A stretch of DNA of 64,000 nt from Mobula hypostoma (lineage: Eukaryota), in assembly GCF_963921235.1 (NCBI RefSeq), contig NC_086097.1:123630001-123694000 (forward strand), read 5' to 3'. Numbering within the stretch: the first letter of the stretch is position 1; each line of letters begins with the position of its first letter. This document shows, piece by piece, positions 1 to 12,133 of this stretch. A program made the position numbers and the translations under genes. The notes under the pieces are model-generated. The model saw only the letters and a program-made list of their open reading frames with translations, searched no databases and was not told the origin of the DNA.

Positions 1-2560
1 CCTACCCACCTCTTTCGCTCCACACATAGATAACCTCTCTAGTCTTCCAGAGGACCAATTTTGTCTCTTGCTATCCTTTTACTCTTAATATATCTGTAGA
101 AGCCCTTAGGACTCTCCTTCATCTTGTCTGCCAGAGCAACCTCATGTTTTTTTTTAGTCCCCTCTCCCCCTCCCGAATTCCTCAAGTTTTCTCTTTCATT
201 TCTTATACTGAAGTTTCTCATTTGTTTCTGCCTGCCTATACCTGCTCTGCATCTCCTTCTTTCTCTTAACCAAAATCTCCTGAAAACTAAGGTTCTCTAA
301 ACCTGTTATCCTTGTCTTTTACAGGAGCATACAAAATCCATACTCTCAAAATTTCACTTTTGAAGGACTCCTCCTTACCAAGTACACTTTTGCCAGAAAA
401 CAACCTATCCCAATCCACAGTTGCCAGATCCTTTCTTAAACCATCAAAATTGGCCTTTCTCCAATTTAGAATCTCAACCCAAGGACTAGACCTATCCTTT
501 TCCATAATTACCTTGAAACTAAAGGCATTATGATCACCAGATGCAAAGTGTCCCCCTATACAAACTTCTCATTGTCTAATAGGAGCTCTAGTATCATACT
601 CTCTCCAGTTGGGACTTGTACATCCTGACTATGCAAACTTTCCTCAACACATTTGACAAACTCTTCTCCATCCAGCCCTTTTACAGTACAGGAATCCCAG
701 TCAATATGTAGAAATTAAAATCACCTACTCTCACAATCTTGTGTTTTTTGGAAGTCTGCAATCTCTACTAATTTGCTGCTCGAAGTCCAGCGGACTGTTG
801 TGTATATATAATCCCATTAATGTGGTCATACCTTCTTTTTACCTCAATGTTACCCATAAAGCCTAATTATACAGGCTCTCCAGTGTGTGCTGACTGAGCA
901 CGCCTTGACATTTTCCCTGACTAGTAAATCACTCTTTTATTCCGCATGCCCCATCACATCTAAAACAACAGGGAACATTGAGCTGCCAGTCCTGCTCCTC
1001 CTGCAACCAAGACTCACTATGACTACAATGTCATAATTCCACATGCTGATCCACACCCTAAACTCCTCCACCTTTCCTTCAATACTCCTTGCATTGAAAT
1101 GTACACAACTCAGAACATTAGTCCCACCATGCTCAAACTTTTGATACCTGACTTTGTATGTAGACTTAACAACATCTGTCTCCACAACCACTCCACTATC
1201 TGTTCTGGTGCTCTGGATTCCATTCCACTCCAAGTCTAGTTTAAGCTGCCCCACCCTACCTGTGCGCCACCAGCAAACCATACCACTAGGATATCAGTCC
1301 CCCTCCAGTTCAGGTGCAAACTGCCCTTTCTGTACAAGTCCCACCTTCCCTGGAAGAGAGCCCAATGATTTGAATAACTAAAGCCCTTCCTCATGCACCA
1401 ACTCCTCAGCCATGTGTTAAACTACATGATCTTCCTGTTTCTGGCCTCACTAGCACATGGCACATGTAGCAATGCTCAAATCACAACCCTGGAGATCCTA
1501 CCCTTTAATTTAGCAATTGACTCTTTAAACTCACTTTGCAGAACCTAGTCACACATCCTACCCATGCCATTGGTGCCAACATGGACCATGACCTCTGGCT
1601 GCTCACTCTCTCACTTAAGAATGCTCAGGACTCAATCCAAGATGTCCCTGGAGGGCAACAAATCATCCAGGAATCTCATTCTCATCCACAGAACTTCTTT
1701 TCTGCTCCCATGTCACTACATCTCACCTTTTCTCCCCCCCGCTTCCCTTCTGAGCCGTAGAGCCAGACTCAGTGCCACAGACATGACCTCTGTGGTTTTC
1801 CTCTGCTAGGTGATACCCAACCTCCTCCCACCACCCCCTGCCCCGGCATTATCCAAAGTGGTTTACTTGTTGTTGACGAGAACAGCCACAAGAGTACTCT
1901 GCACTGGCTGCCGCTCCCCTTTCCCCCTCCTGACAGTCACCCAGTTTCTTGTGCCCTGCACCTTGGATGTAACTACCTCCTTGTATGTCCTGTCCATCAA
2001 CCTCTCACCCTCCCAAATAATCAGGAATGCATCATCTTCCTGCTCCAATTCGTTAACACGGTCTGTTAGAAGCAGCAGCTTGGTGGACTTCTTGAAGGTG
2101 TAGTCATCAGGGACACGGGAGGTCTCCTTGCCTTCCCACATCCCTCAAGCTATCTGGCACCCCCGCTGCTTTAGATGTACAAATGAGAAAGAAAGAATAT
2201 ATAATAAAAAAAATCTACATCTGGCCTACACCTCTCCTCTCTTAAGCCTTGATGAGCCAAAGCCTCAACTCCTCAATCTAACACTAACCCTCTCACACAA
2301 TGGCCACTCCACTTAAACCTAATTTCTTTTTATTGGTCCTTCCCAAGTGCCTAATTATAAGCAATCCAATGTCTCCTTGGGAACTGTGGTGTGAAAAAAG
2401 TGCCGACTGCCCCTGCTCACTTCTTTTAAATTCTCTCTCCTTTATCTCAACCCAGCATCTCCTCAGGACTGTGGAGCCAAAATTTGCTGACTGCCCCTAT
2501 TTGCTTCCTTTAAACTTTCTCTTGCTGTAAGTGCCATAGTCCCATTATTGTATCCCTTCT
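1..2560 (-). mobile_element. Decayed CR1 LINE, 5' half (5'UTR, ORF1 zinc-finger/esterase remnant, ORF2 endonuclease region)
   Basis: Minus-strand fragments (WEGKETSRVPDDY..LLLTDRVNELEQE; HFNARSIEGKVEEFRVWISMWNYDIV; LNWRKANFDGLRKDL; KESPKGFYRYIKSKRIARDKIGPLED) are collinear with ORF1/ORF2 of the CR1 at 54207-58319. Many frameshifts. Confidence 0.9.
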
Positions 2561-3174
2561 CTTTAAAACTCCCAATTAACTAATCTCCAAAAGCCCCACG
2601 GCACGAAGATTCTGCAAATCTACCACCCTCTGCAAGAAGAAATTCCTACACGCCTGCTTTAAATGACTCCTTGTGATCATGCCCTTTGTTGAAGATTGTC
2701 CCACCAGCTGAAACACACCTACCCTATTGTGTCCCTTAGGGTTTGATATGTTTCACTTATTCTGGAGAGACAAAGAGCAAGTGAAGGGACATCAGTAGTA
2801 GCCATGGAATAAATCCTAACTTGAAATTTGAAATTAATATTCATCAAGGAGGGTTGTGAAAACTATGAAAACGAGAGAATCAAAGTGGGAAGTAAATGGG
2901 ACATTGGGCGCTACAGTTCAGAAAGATATAATTTATTTACAGCATGTATTTATTAATGTATATAACAATTTCAATAAAATACCAACTCCTCTTTCCTATA
3001 ATTATGTAGAAAGTAAATTTACATCATAAATTTACTTCTTATAATTTACTTCAGGACCATTCACCAGATTAACTGATGATTTGGTAGCCTGTGAAGAACA
3101 CTTGAATTAATTGTTGACGTGTGAAATTAATGTTTAGAAAACCTCGATTGAGTAGTTATTTCATTTCTAATGTA

Positions 3175-3681
3175 TACTCGGTGGCCATTTTATTAGGTTG
3201 ACCTGCTCATTAATGCAAATAACTATTCAACCAATCCTGTAGCGGTAATTCAATGCATAAAAGCATGCAGACATGGTCAAGAGGTTCAGTTGTTGTTCAG
3301 ACCAAGCATCAGAATAGTGAAGAAATGTGATCTAAATGACTTTGATCGTGGATTGTTGGTGCCAGAAACTGCTGATCTCCTGGGATTTCATGCCCAACAG
3401 TCTCTAAAGTTTACAGAGAACGATGTGAAAAATTTAAAAAAAACAACCTGTGGGTGGCAGTTCTGTGGACAAAAATGCCTTGTCGTAGGAGAATAGCCAG
3501 ACTGATTCAAGTCGACAGGAAGGTGACAGTAACTCAAATAACCTCATGTTACAACAGTGGTGTGGAGAAGAGCATCTCTGAATGCACAACATGTCGATCT
3601 TTGAAGTGGATGGATGACAGCAGAATACCATCTGTGGCCACTTTATTAGCTACAGGAGGTACATAAAGTGTTCACTGAGTG
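3175..3681. mobile_element. Non-autonomous Tc1/mariner-derived element (MITE-like)
   Basis: TA-flanked ends TACTCGGTGGCCATTTTATT ... ATAAAGTGTTCACTGAGTG; internal HTH-like remnant (KKCDLNDFDRG, ARLIQVDRKVTVTQIT). Same family at 21637-25190 and 48907-49463. Confidence 0.8.
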
Positions 3682-4256
3682 TACATTCTACATGACGGAA
3701 AGCTGGCTATGGATGGAATTTGTAAAAAAGGATTTAGATTCATGCTCAATGTAAAATATTATCATTGGAAAGAGATTATTTTAAAGTTCTACCCTAAAAG
3801 AATCCATGTCAAAATAGAGACATGAGAATTAAGCTTATCAGTCAGGAAATGCTTACTGAATGCACAACTACTAAAGTATTAATCATTATAATAAATAATA
3901 TGACAGAATCCTGAGTCGCCTTTTCAAGTTCAACTTCAAGATCAAGTTTACTGTCATTCAACCGTAGACACATACATAGCCAAACGAAACATTATTCCTC
4001 TGGGGCCAAGGTGCACAGCATAGTTCATATAGCCACACACCGCGTAGTTACAGTTCAGCACATACATTCACATAATAATGGCCTGAAGATCGACAGGTTG
4101 ATGCAAAGTGCAGGGTGAATGTTTATCAAGACAATATAATGTTACTGGCACTATTACAATAAATAGTCGTATAAATATGTGAAACAACAGCAATAAAGGA
4201 TTAAAAAGTGACCAGTGCAGGATTGCTAATATGCATGTGGATTATTAGGGACTTAC

Positions 4257-4361
4257 CAGAAATAATACTCAGCATCCTGCCACATGTCCCAAATGTGCAT
4301 AAAGTCAATTTCCTGGCGTAAATGTTCCTGATCCAGACAACTTTTGCAATAAGCTGATATT
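4257..4361 (-). other. Candidate 105-nt exon of a divergently transcribed gene
   Basis: Minus-strand acceptor ccttttttaaacAG and donor CTG|gtaagt in non-repeat DNA; two frames are open. No recognisable protein. Confidence 0.25.
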
Positions 4362-4409
4362 CTGTTTAAAAAAGGTCTAATATGCAAAACTGAGTACACA
4401 AAATATGCA

Positions 4410-5177
4410 TTATCTGCAGCCTAATGTGAAAAAGACTAAGGAGCTGGTGGTAGACCTGAGGAGGGCTAAGGTACCGGTGACCCCTGTTTCCCTCCAAGGG
4501 GTCAGTGTGGATATGGTAGAGGATTACAAATACCTGGGGATACGAATTGACAATAAACTGGACTGGTCAAAGAACACTGAGGCTGTCTACAAGAAGGGTC
4601 AGAGCCGTCTCTATTTCCTGAGGAGACTGAGGTCCTTTAACATCTGCTGGACAATGCTGAGGATGTTCTACGAGTCTGTGGTGGCCAGTGCGATCGTGTT
4701 TGCTGTTGTGTGCTGGGGCGGCAGGCTGAGGGTAGCAGACATCAACAGAATCAACATACTGATTCGTAAGGCCAGTGATGTTGTGGGGATGGAACTGGAC
4801 TCTCTCACGGTGGTGTCTGAAAAGAGGATGCTGTCCAAGTTGCATGTCATCTTGGACAATGTCTCCCATCCACTACATAATGTACTGGCTGGGCACAGGA
4901 GTACATTCAGCCAGAGACTCATTCCACCGAGATGCAACACAGAGCGTCATAGGAAGTCATTCCTGCCTGTGGCCATCAAACTTTACAACTCCTCCCTTGG
5001 AGGGTCAGACACCCTGAGCCAATAGGCTGGTCCTGGACTTATTTTATAATTTACTGGCATAATTTACATATTACTATTTAACTATTTATGGTTTTATTAC
5101 TATTTATTATTTATGGTGCAACTGCAATGAAAACCAATTTCCCCCGGGATCAATAAAGTATGACTATGACTATGACT
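4410..5177 (+). mobile_element. Rex1/Babar-type LINE, 5'-truncated 3' end
   Basis: ORF 4405-5025 (NVKKTKELVVDLRR, YKYLGIRIDNKLDWSKN, KKGQSRLYFLRRLRSF) is the typical post-RT region; ends AATAAAG then (TATGAC)n. Confidence 0.9.
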
Positions 5178-5556
5178 AACTTTGCACATCTACTCAAATG
5201 GAGTTAACTTCAGTTAGGTAAGGCTGATTTCAAGAATTGCCTTGAAAGGGAAGACATGAGAACAATTTTAGTTTCTCTCCTGGTCAATGACAGTTCAAGA
5301 GCCTTTATACAGAAATTAATAATTGCTTTTCAGAACATATCAATATAAACATTTACATTAATTCTCTGCCATAATTACACATGTAGAGTTTGGTATTCCA
5401 GATGCCTTCAACAGGATATCCTAAAAGGGGATGGGAATATAGTGAGGTTTTTATTCCATTTTCTCAGTATTACTCAAGACTTGGGTGTACATGGGTTGCT
5501 AGTGTTTTTTTTTTGTTACGAATAAAACTGCCTCCTTTTGTGGTGCTTTCTTGTAT

Positions 5557-6417
5557 TGTTACGTACCCCGTAACTGGGTTGCCAAACCAGCAGAAATGGA
5601 TCACTCAGTTGGAGTCTGGATTACTAGAACTAAGAAAGTTTTATTAAAGAAACAAGCAACACAGTAATCGAAAGGATAATAAATGCAACAGTTCAGCGAT
5701 GATAAACAGACATGTGCACAGAATTAAGATAACAGCATCAATCAAGCTCTATCGTTGTCTAGGGGTAAATGACCAAATTTCAAAGTAACTCAAAGTTCAG
5801 TCCAGTTTAGTAGTTCAGTTCACAGTAATCGTTGCCATGGCGATGGACAACATGGGGGGAGAGAGAGAGGGAACAGGAACAACTGATCATTCAGACACGG
5901 CTTCACTCACAGACCGGCGATATGGCTCACAAGCAGCTTTTGGGCAGGTCCTTGGTGATGTCACCTGAGGTCACCGACTGTGACCCCTCCTCCAGATGCA
6001 GTCGATCCTCTGCAGTGAACCCGGCACCCAGGCAAGGGCGGACACACACCGGGTTCCCACTGATCGTACCTTTCCACCCTGGCCATTGTCTGATACTTCC
6101 CACCGACTCGTGAGAGGCGCACCGCTTCCAGGGTCTCATTACCTCGGGTGGCGTGTGTGTCCTGCCTTAGCGAACCTGTCCCTTTTTATCCCCCTGCTGG
6201 GGCATCGCCTGTCCACCACTCCAAACAGTTCAGGGTTCAAAGGGGGGAGCCGCTCCAGACAGCTCTCTCTCCCGTCCCTTCATTACACATCTCCAGATGC
6301 TGCTCCATTGTTCCTCATCTCTCCTTCCCCTGAGGGCAGGTGGCAGACCACTTGCTGATGTCACTGATGCTAACCCAGGCCAGCAAACATCTTAATTTTA
6401 TGTGTATTCTCGTCACA
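5557..6417 (-). mobile_element. Solo LTR of the Gypsy family at 8189-13091
   Basis: TG...CA termini (TGTTACG...CGTCACA); 4-bp TSD GTAT at 5553-5556 and 6418-6421; near-identical to 8189-9038 and 12233-13091. Confidence 0.95.
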
Positions 6418-6474
6418 GTATTCAGTAAAACAAGCTAGAAAGGAACACTCCAGCCAATACTCCCTCTTAGCCTT

Positions 6475-7990
6475 ACCATGCAATGGTACAGCACTGGACA
6501 GGGCACTCAGTCCAGGATTTGTGCTTGTCTTGATGCCAATTTATACTAAATGTTCTCCTCATATGTATCATCCATATCCCTCCATTCCCTACATTTTCAT
6601 GTGTCTATCTAAAAGGCTTTTAAACAGTACCTGATTCCCCTGCTATCCCTGGTAAGCTGTTCCAAGCATCAACTACTCTTTGAACAAAAAAAAACTTACA
6701 CCTCACGTTGTCTTTAAACTCCCACACCACCCACCTTAAATGCATATTCTCTCATTAGATTCTAGCTGTCTACACTATCTGTACCTCTCATAATTTTAAA
6801 AACCTCTATTAGGTCCCCCTTTAGCATCCGACATTCTAGGGAGAACAACACAAATTTATCCATCCTTTCCTTATAGCTCATATCCTCTAATCCAGACAGC
6901 ATCCTGGTAAAACTCTTCAGCATCCTCTGTGTTGTCTCCATATCCTTCTAATAATGGTCAACCAGAATGCACACAATGGTCCAAGTGTGGTCTGATTAAA
7001 GTATTATATTGCGGTAGCATTACTTCCTGGCTCTTTTAATCAAAACCCCTACCAATGAAGGCAGGCATTCCACACACCATCCTTACCACCTTATCCACCT
7101 ACAGTACCTAGCCATATTCAATGACCTGGATCCCAAGATTCCACTGTACCTCAATGCTATTAAGGGACCGGCCATTAACTGTATTCTTTCTCCTTTCAAG
7201 TTATCTGCCAAAGTACAACATCTCACACTTCCCCAGATTAAACTTCATCCGCCACTTCTCTGCCCATTCCTGTAACTGATCTATACCCCACAGGATTGTT
7301 TACACTGTCCATAGCTCCACCAATCTTGGTATTATCTGCAAACTTGCTAACTCATCCATCTACATCTTCATCAACTTATTGAAATATCTCACAAACAACA
7401 GGGGTCTCAGCATTGATCCTTGTGGAACACCTCTGACCATGGACCTCCAGCAAGAATAACAGCCTTCCACCCCTATTCTGTCTTCTGTGGCAAGCCATTT
7501 CTGAATCTGAAATAGCAATTCAGCCTGGATCCCATGAATCTTTATCTTCTGATTCAACGTACGATGAGGAACCTTACCAAATGACATGTAGATAATATTC
7601 ATTACCTTACCCTCATCAAACTCCTTTGTCATCTCCTCAAAAAACTCAATCAAGTTTGTAAGGCATGGCCAGCCCTGCAAAAAGCCATGTTGACTGTCTC
7701 TAAGCAGGCCATGCCTTTCCAAATGCTCATAAATCCTATCTTTCCATATTCTCTCCAATAGCTTCCCTACCACTAACGTGAGCCTCACTGGCCTATAATT
7801 ACTTGGATTATCCCTACTTCCTTTCTTGAGCAAAGGGACAACATTTACTACTCTCCATTCATCTGGGACCTCAGCTGTTGCTAGTGAGGGCACAGAGATC
7901 TTTGTCAAAGCCCCAGATCACTTGCTTCTTTCAATATTCTGGGATAAATGCCATCAGACTCTGGAGACCTATCCATCTTCAGAGGACAAG
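6475..7990 (-). mobile_element. Decayed CR1 LINE, RT and 3' end
   Basis: ORF 7360-7908 with VPDEWRVVNVVPLLKKGSRDNPSNYRPV, SQHGF, GVPQGSML; degenerate C-terminus and 3'UTR toward 6475. Confidence 0.9.
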
Positions 7991-9211
7991 GAGGCCCCTT
8001 GCTGTCCTTCCTTTCATTCTTACTTGTCATACCATCTTTCTTGCCCTCATCTCTACCACCTGTTGCCCACCTAATTCCCATCCCTTTGACACTCTAGTTT
8101 AAACACTCCTGAGGAGCACTAGTAAATCCCCTGGTGTGTATATTGGTTCCTCTCGAGCGCTTAAATTGTTCAAACCTCGACTTGTTTCTGTTACGTACCC
8201 CGTAACTGGGTTGCCAAACCAGCAGAAATGGATCACTCAGTTGGAGTCTGGATTACTAGAACTAAGAAAGTTTTATTAAACAAACAAGCAACACAGTAAT
8301 CGAAAGGATAATAAATGCAACAGTTCAGCGATGATAAACAGACATGTGCACAGAATTAAGATAACAGCATCAATCAAGCTCTATCATTGTCTAGGGGTAA
8401 ATGACCAAATTTCAAAGTAACTCAAAGTTCAGTCCAGTTTAGTAGTTCAGTTCACAGTAATCGTTGCCATGGCGATGGACAACGTGGGGGGAGAGAGAGA
8501 GGGAACAGGAACAACTGATCATTCAGACACGGCTTCACTCACAGACCGGCGATATGGCTCACAAGCAGCTTTTGGGCAGGTCCTTGGTGATGTCACCTGA
8601 CTGTGACCCCTCCTCCAGATGCGGTCGATCCTCTGCAGTGAACCCGGCACCCAGGCAAGGGCGGACACACACTGGGTTCCCGCTGATCGTACCTTTCCAC
8701 CCTGGCCGTTGTCTGGTACTACCCACCGACTCGTGAGAGGCGTACCGCTTCCAGGGTCTCGTCACCTCGGGTGGCGTGTGTGTTGCCTTAGCGAACCGGT
8801 CCCTTTTTATCCCCCTGCTGGGGTATCGCCTGTCCATCACTTCAAACAGTTCAGGGTTCAAAGGGGGGAGCCGCTCCAGACAGCTCTCTCTCCCGTCCCT
8901 TCATTACACATCTCCAGACGCTGCTCCATTGTCCCTTATCTCTCCTTCCCCTGAGGGCAGGTGGCAGACCACTTGCTGATGTCACTGATGCTAACCCAGG
9001 CCAGCAAACATCTTAATTTTATGTGTATTCTTGTCACACTTCCCCCCTTTAAGGATTTTTACCGTGAGGTAAAAATTACAAACATGAATACATTATTTGA
9101 TACACACACAAATATACATCCTTATCAGCTATTTGGCTAACACAGCGAGTTTGAAGCTGTCAACACCTTGACAGACAGTCATCACATTTTCTGTTCCTTT
9201 TATATGTGTTA

Positions 9212-10041
9212 TTAATAATCCCTTAGACCAGGCTCCAACTCAGCAAACTTCATAGTGGCCAAAAACACTGATGAATTGCGATCAATGTAACCTCTCATTT
9301 GGCTTTGTCCCGGACCACAATAACAAGGGTCGTCCCATTCCGACTCAGTTTTCTCTCGCAAGGGCTTAGTAGGAGGGGGACGGGTATTGACCGCAGAGTT
9401 ATTGCAAAACTTCCTGCAGTACCCCACCATCTCCAAGAGCTTTCTGAGGGCCCTCTTGTCTGTCGGGGTTGGGAGGTCAGCGATAGCCTGCACTGTAGCT
9501 TGCATCGCTGCCAGCTGCCCCTGTGTCAACACAATTCCCAGGTAAGTGACCCTCGTGTGGCTGAATTCATTTTTTTCAAGGTTCACTATCAAGCTGGCTT
9601 CAGACAGCCGTATTAAATTGCCAATACACACCTCTGTGTTCATCAGCCCTTTAGTCACTGAATTACTCATTATATATGAGTGTTGTTTACTAGGCTGACC
9701 CATTGTAACAGACATCTCCCAATGTCCCAGTTCTTTGCATTGCCTCGGGACAATCAAACACATGGGTGCGAGTCGTTTAATTACTTCTTCTAAAGATTCG
9801 CTTTGTTCGGGGATTAAGGGAGAGACCTTATCAGTAGACCTGGCCAAAACAATAGCCTTCTCCCATCTGATCGATCCCATACTAATCTTTTCAAAATGGT
9901 TTTTTCCTCTTATCAGGGGGCCCCTAGCTTCATTGATTTCCACGCTAACACCGACTAGGTTTCTTAGCATATCAAAAGCCGGTGACCGTCTCAGTTCGCG
10001 TCGGTCATGATCAATAACATTTTTCCCCCTGGGCAGCCGGT
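9212..10041 (-). pseudogene. Vestigial Gypsy pol segment (pre-RT linker plus RT C-terminal/thumb region)
   Basis: RLSEASLIVNLEKNEFSHTRVTYLG...VQAIADLPTPTDKRALRKLLEMVGYCRKF resembles the Gypsy RT end. No YxDD, RNase H or integrase motif seen. The frame stays open up to the Penelope junction. Confidence 0.75.
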
Positions 10042-10738
10042 ATCTTTACAGTAGAGGAGGCCGTGGATAGACATGTCAGAATGGGAATGGGATGTGGAAT
10101 TAAAATGTGTGGCCACTGGGAGATCCTGCTTTCTCTGGCGGACAGAGCGTAGATGTTCAGCAAAGCGGTCTCCCAGTCTGCGATGAAGCCACACTCAGGT
10201 TGGAGGAACAAGATGAAGCCACACTCAGGTTGGAGGAACAACACCTTATATTCCGTCTGGGTAGCCTCCAACCTGATGGCATGAACATTGACTTCTCTAA
10301 CTTCCGCTAGGCCCCACCTCCCCCTCGTACCCCATCTGTTACTCATTTTTATGCACACATTCTTTCTCTCACTCTCCTTTTTCTCCCTCTGTCCCTCTGA
10401 ATATACCTCTTGCCCATCCTCTGGGTCACCCCCCCCCGTCTTTCTTCCCGGACCTCCTGTCCCATGATCCTCTCGTATCCCCTTTTGCCTATCACCTGTC
10501 CAGCTCTCGGCTCTATCCCTCCCCCTCCTGTCTTCTCCTATCATTTTGCATCTCCCCCTCCCCCTCCAACTTTCAAATCCCTTACTCACTCTTCCTTCAG
10601 TTAGTCCTGACGAAGGGTCTCGGCCTGAAACGTCGACTGCGCCTCTTCCTATAGATGCTGCTTGGCCTGCTGCGTTCACCAGCAACTTTGATGTGTGTTG
10701 CTTGAATTTCCAGCATCTGCAGAATTCCTGTTGTTTGC
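10042..10738 (+). mobile_element. Penelope-like element 3' fragment with 5' inversion, inserted in the Gypsy
   Basis: GIY-YIG C-terminal motifs (RLGDRFAEHLRS, PVATHFNS, RLEEQHLIFRLGSLQPDGMNIDF); 10042-10180 is inverted relative to 10181-10738; hammerhead motif in the tail. Confidence 0.9.
10603..10638 (+). ncRNA. Minimal type I hammerhead ribozyme motif in Penelope terminal repeat
   Basis: AGTC-CTGACGA-agggtctcggcct-GAAA-C-GTC-GACT: core CUGAnGA and GAAA, GUC cleavage triplet, stem I AGTC/GACT, palindromic mini stem III. Confidence 0.8.
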
Positions 10739-12133
10739 TGTCCTTTCCCCAACACCTTTGACCTCTACCTCCCCAGTCTGGGTCTCTGAGCTAAACTCTA
10801 ATACACTCTTCAGTATTAGTGACTGACACGCTCCCGTGTCTCTCCAGATCCGCACTGGAACTGGTTTTAACCCCTCCTTCACTGACACCAATCCGGCCGA
10901 GATAAACCTCTCACGCCCTTCCTGGACTTTTTCAGACCTGTCCTTCCCTAGCGGTTCGCTTAACAGCTCGATACAGCCATTCAAAATTTCCGCTTTACCT
11001 TTCCCTGTCTCCTTCCTTGGGGCAAAGCACCTGGACGCAAAGTGTCCGGCTTTCCCAGAATTATAACAGACGACCCCAGGAGACTTCCTACCAGACTGCT
11101 CCCGGTCTACCTTATCCTTTTCACTAGTCCCCGGCTTACTTTCTGACTTTTCCGGCGGACTCTCCTCGCCGTCCTGACTACCCTTCTGGTAGCCTTTACT
11201 CGGGGCAAACTTCATTTTATGCGTCAACGCATACTCATCCGCTAACTTAGCAGTTGCGGCTAACGTGGCTGCCTCTTTCTCATCGAGGTAGGGTCTCATA
11301 CCCTCAGGGACACAACCTTTAAACTGCTCAATCAGGATCAGTTGTAGCAGTCTGTCATAATCCCCCTCTACCCCCTTTGAGGCGCACCAACGCTCACAAT
11401 ATGTCTGCATCTCACGGGCAAACTCCAAATACGTGCGGTCCCACTGCTTCCTCGCATTCCGGAACCTCTGCCGGTATGCCTCCGGGACCAACTCATAAAT
11501 CCTGAGGATGGCCTCTTTCACCACCTCATACCTCTGGGCATCTTCCGCGGACAAAGCTGAGTAAGCTTCTTGGGCTTTCCCTTTTAGTACACTCTGAAGT
11601 AAAACAACCCACTTATCCCTCGGCCATTCCTGACTTATAGCCACTTTTTCGAAGTGGAGGAAGTACCGATCCACGTCGGTATCGTCAAATGGGGGAACCA
11701 GCCTAACCTCCTGGGTCGCCCGGAACCCTCCACCTTGGTTCGGCACGAGCCCCTGCTCGGCCCTTATCTTTAACTTCTCCAGCTCAAATTCCCTTTCCCT
11801 CTGTTTCTCCTCTCTCTCCATCTGTCTGTCCCTCTCTTTCTCTTCGTGTTCTAACTGCCGTACCCGGAACTCGTGCTCGAGTCTCAGTTTTTCAAGCTGT
11901 ACCTGTACCGCATCTCCAGCAGGTTTTTCAATAGACACCACCCCCAGCTCACCTTGGGGAAACACACCTTTAGATACATAGTGCTCTACAATAGCTCTGT
12001 GTATCTCCTCTCTCCTCATTGTCGACTTCACCTTAGCAAGATTCAACCGTTTGGCCACAGCTATCAATTCCGATTTCCTGGCATCCTCTAATGCCTCCAA
12101 GGTCGGCGCCTTTATAAATTCCTCAGCCTCCAT
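10739..12133 (-). CDS. Gypsy Gag-protease ORF (coiled coil, SCAN-like capsid, zinc knuckle, aspartic protease), truncated by Penelope insertion
   Basis: About 465 uninterrupted codons; PEAYRQRFR...LILIEQF (SCAN-like); CYNSGKAGHFASRC (CCHC with second Cys replaced by Ser); RDTGACQSLI protease motif. Confidence 0.85.
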
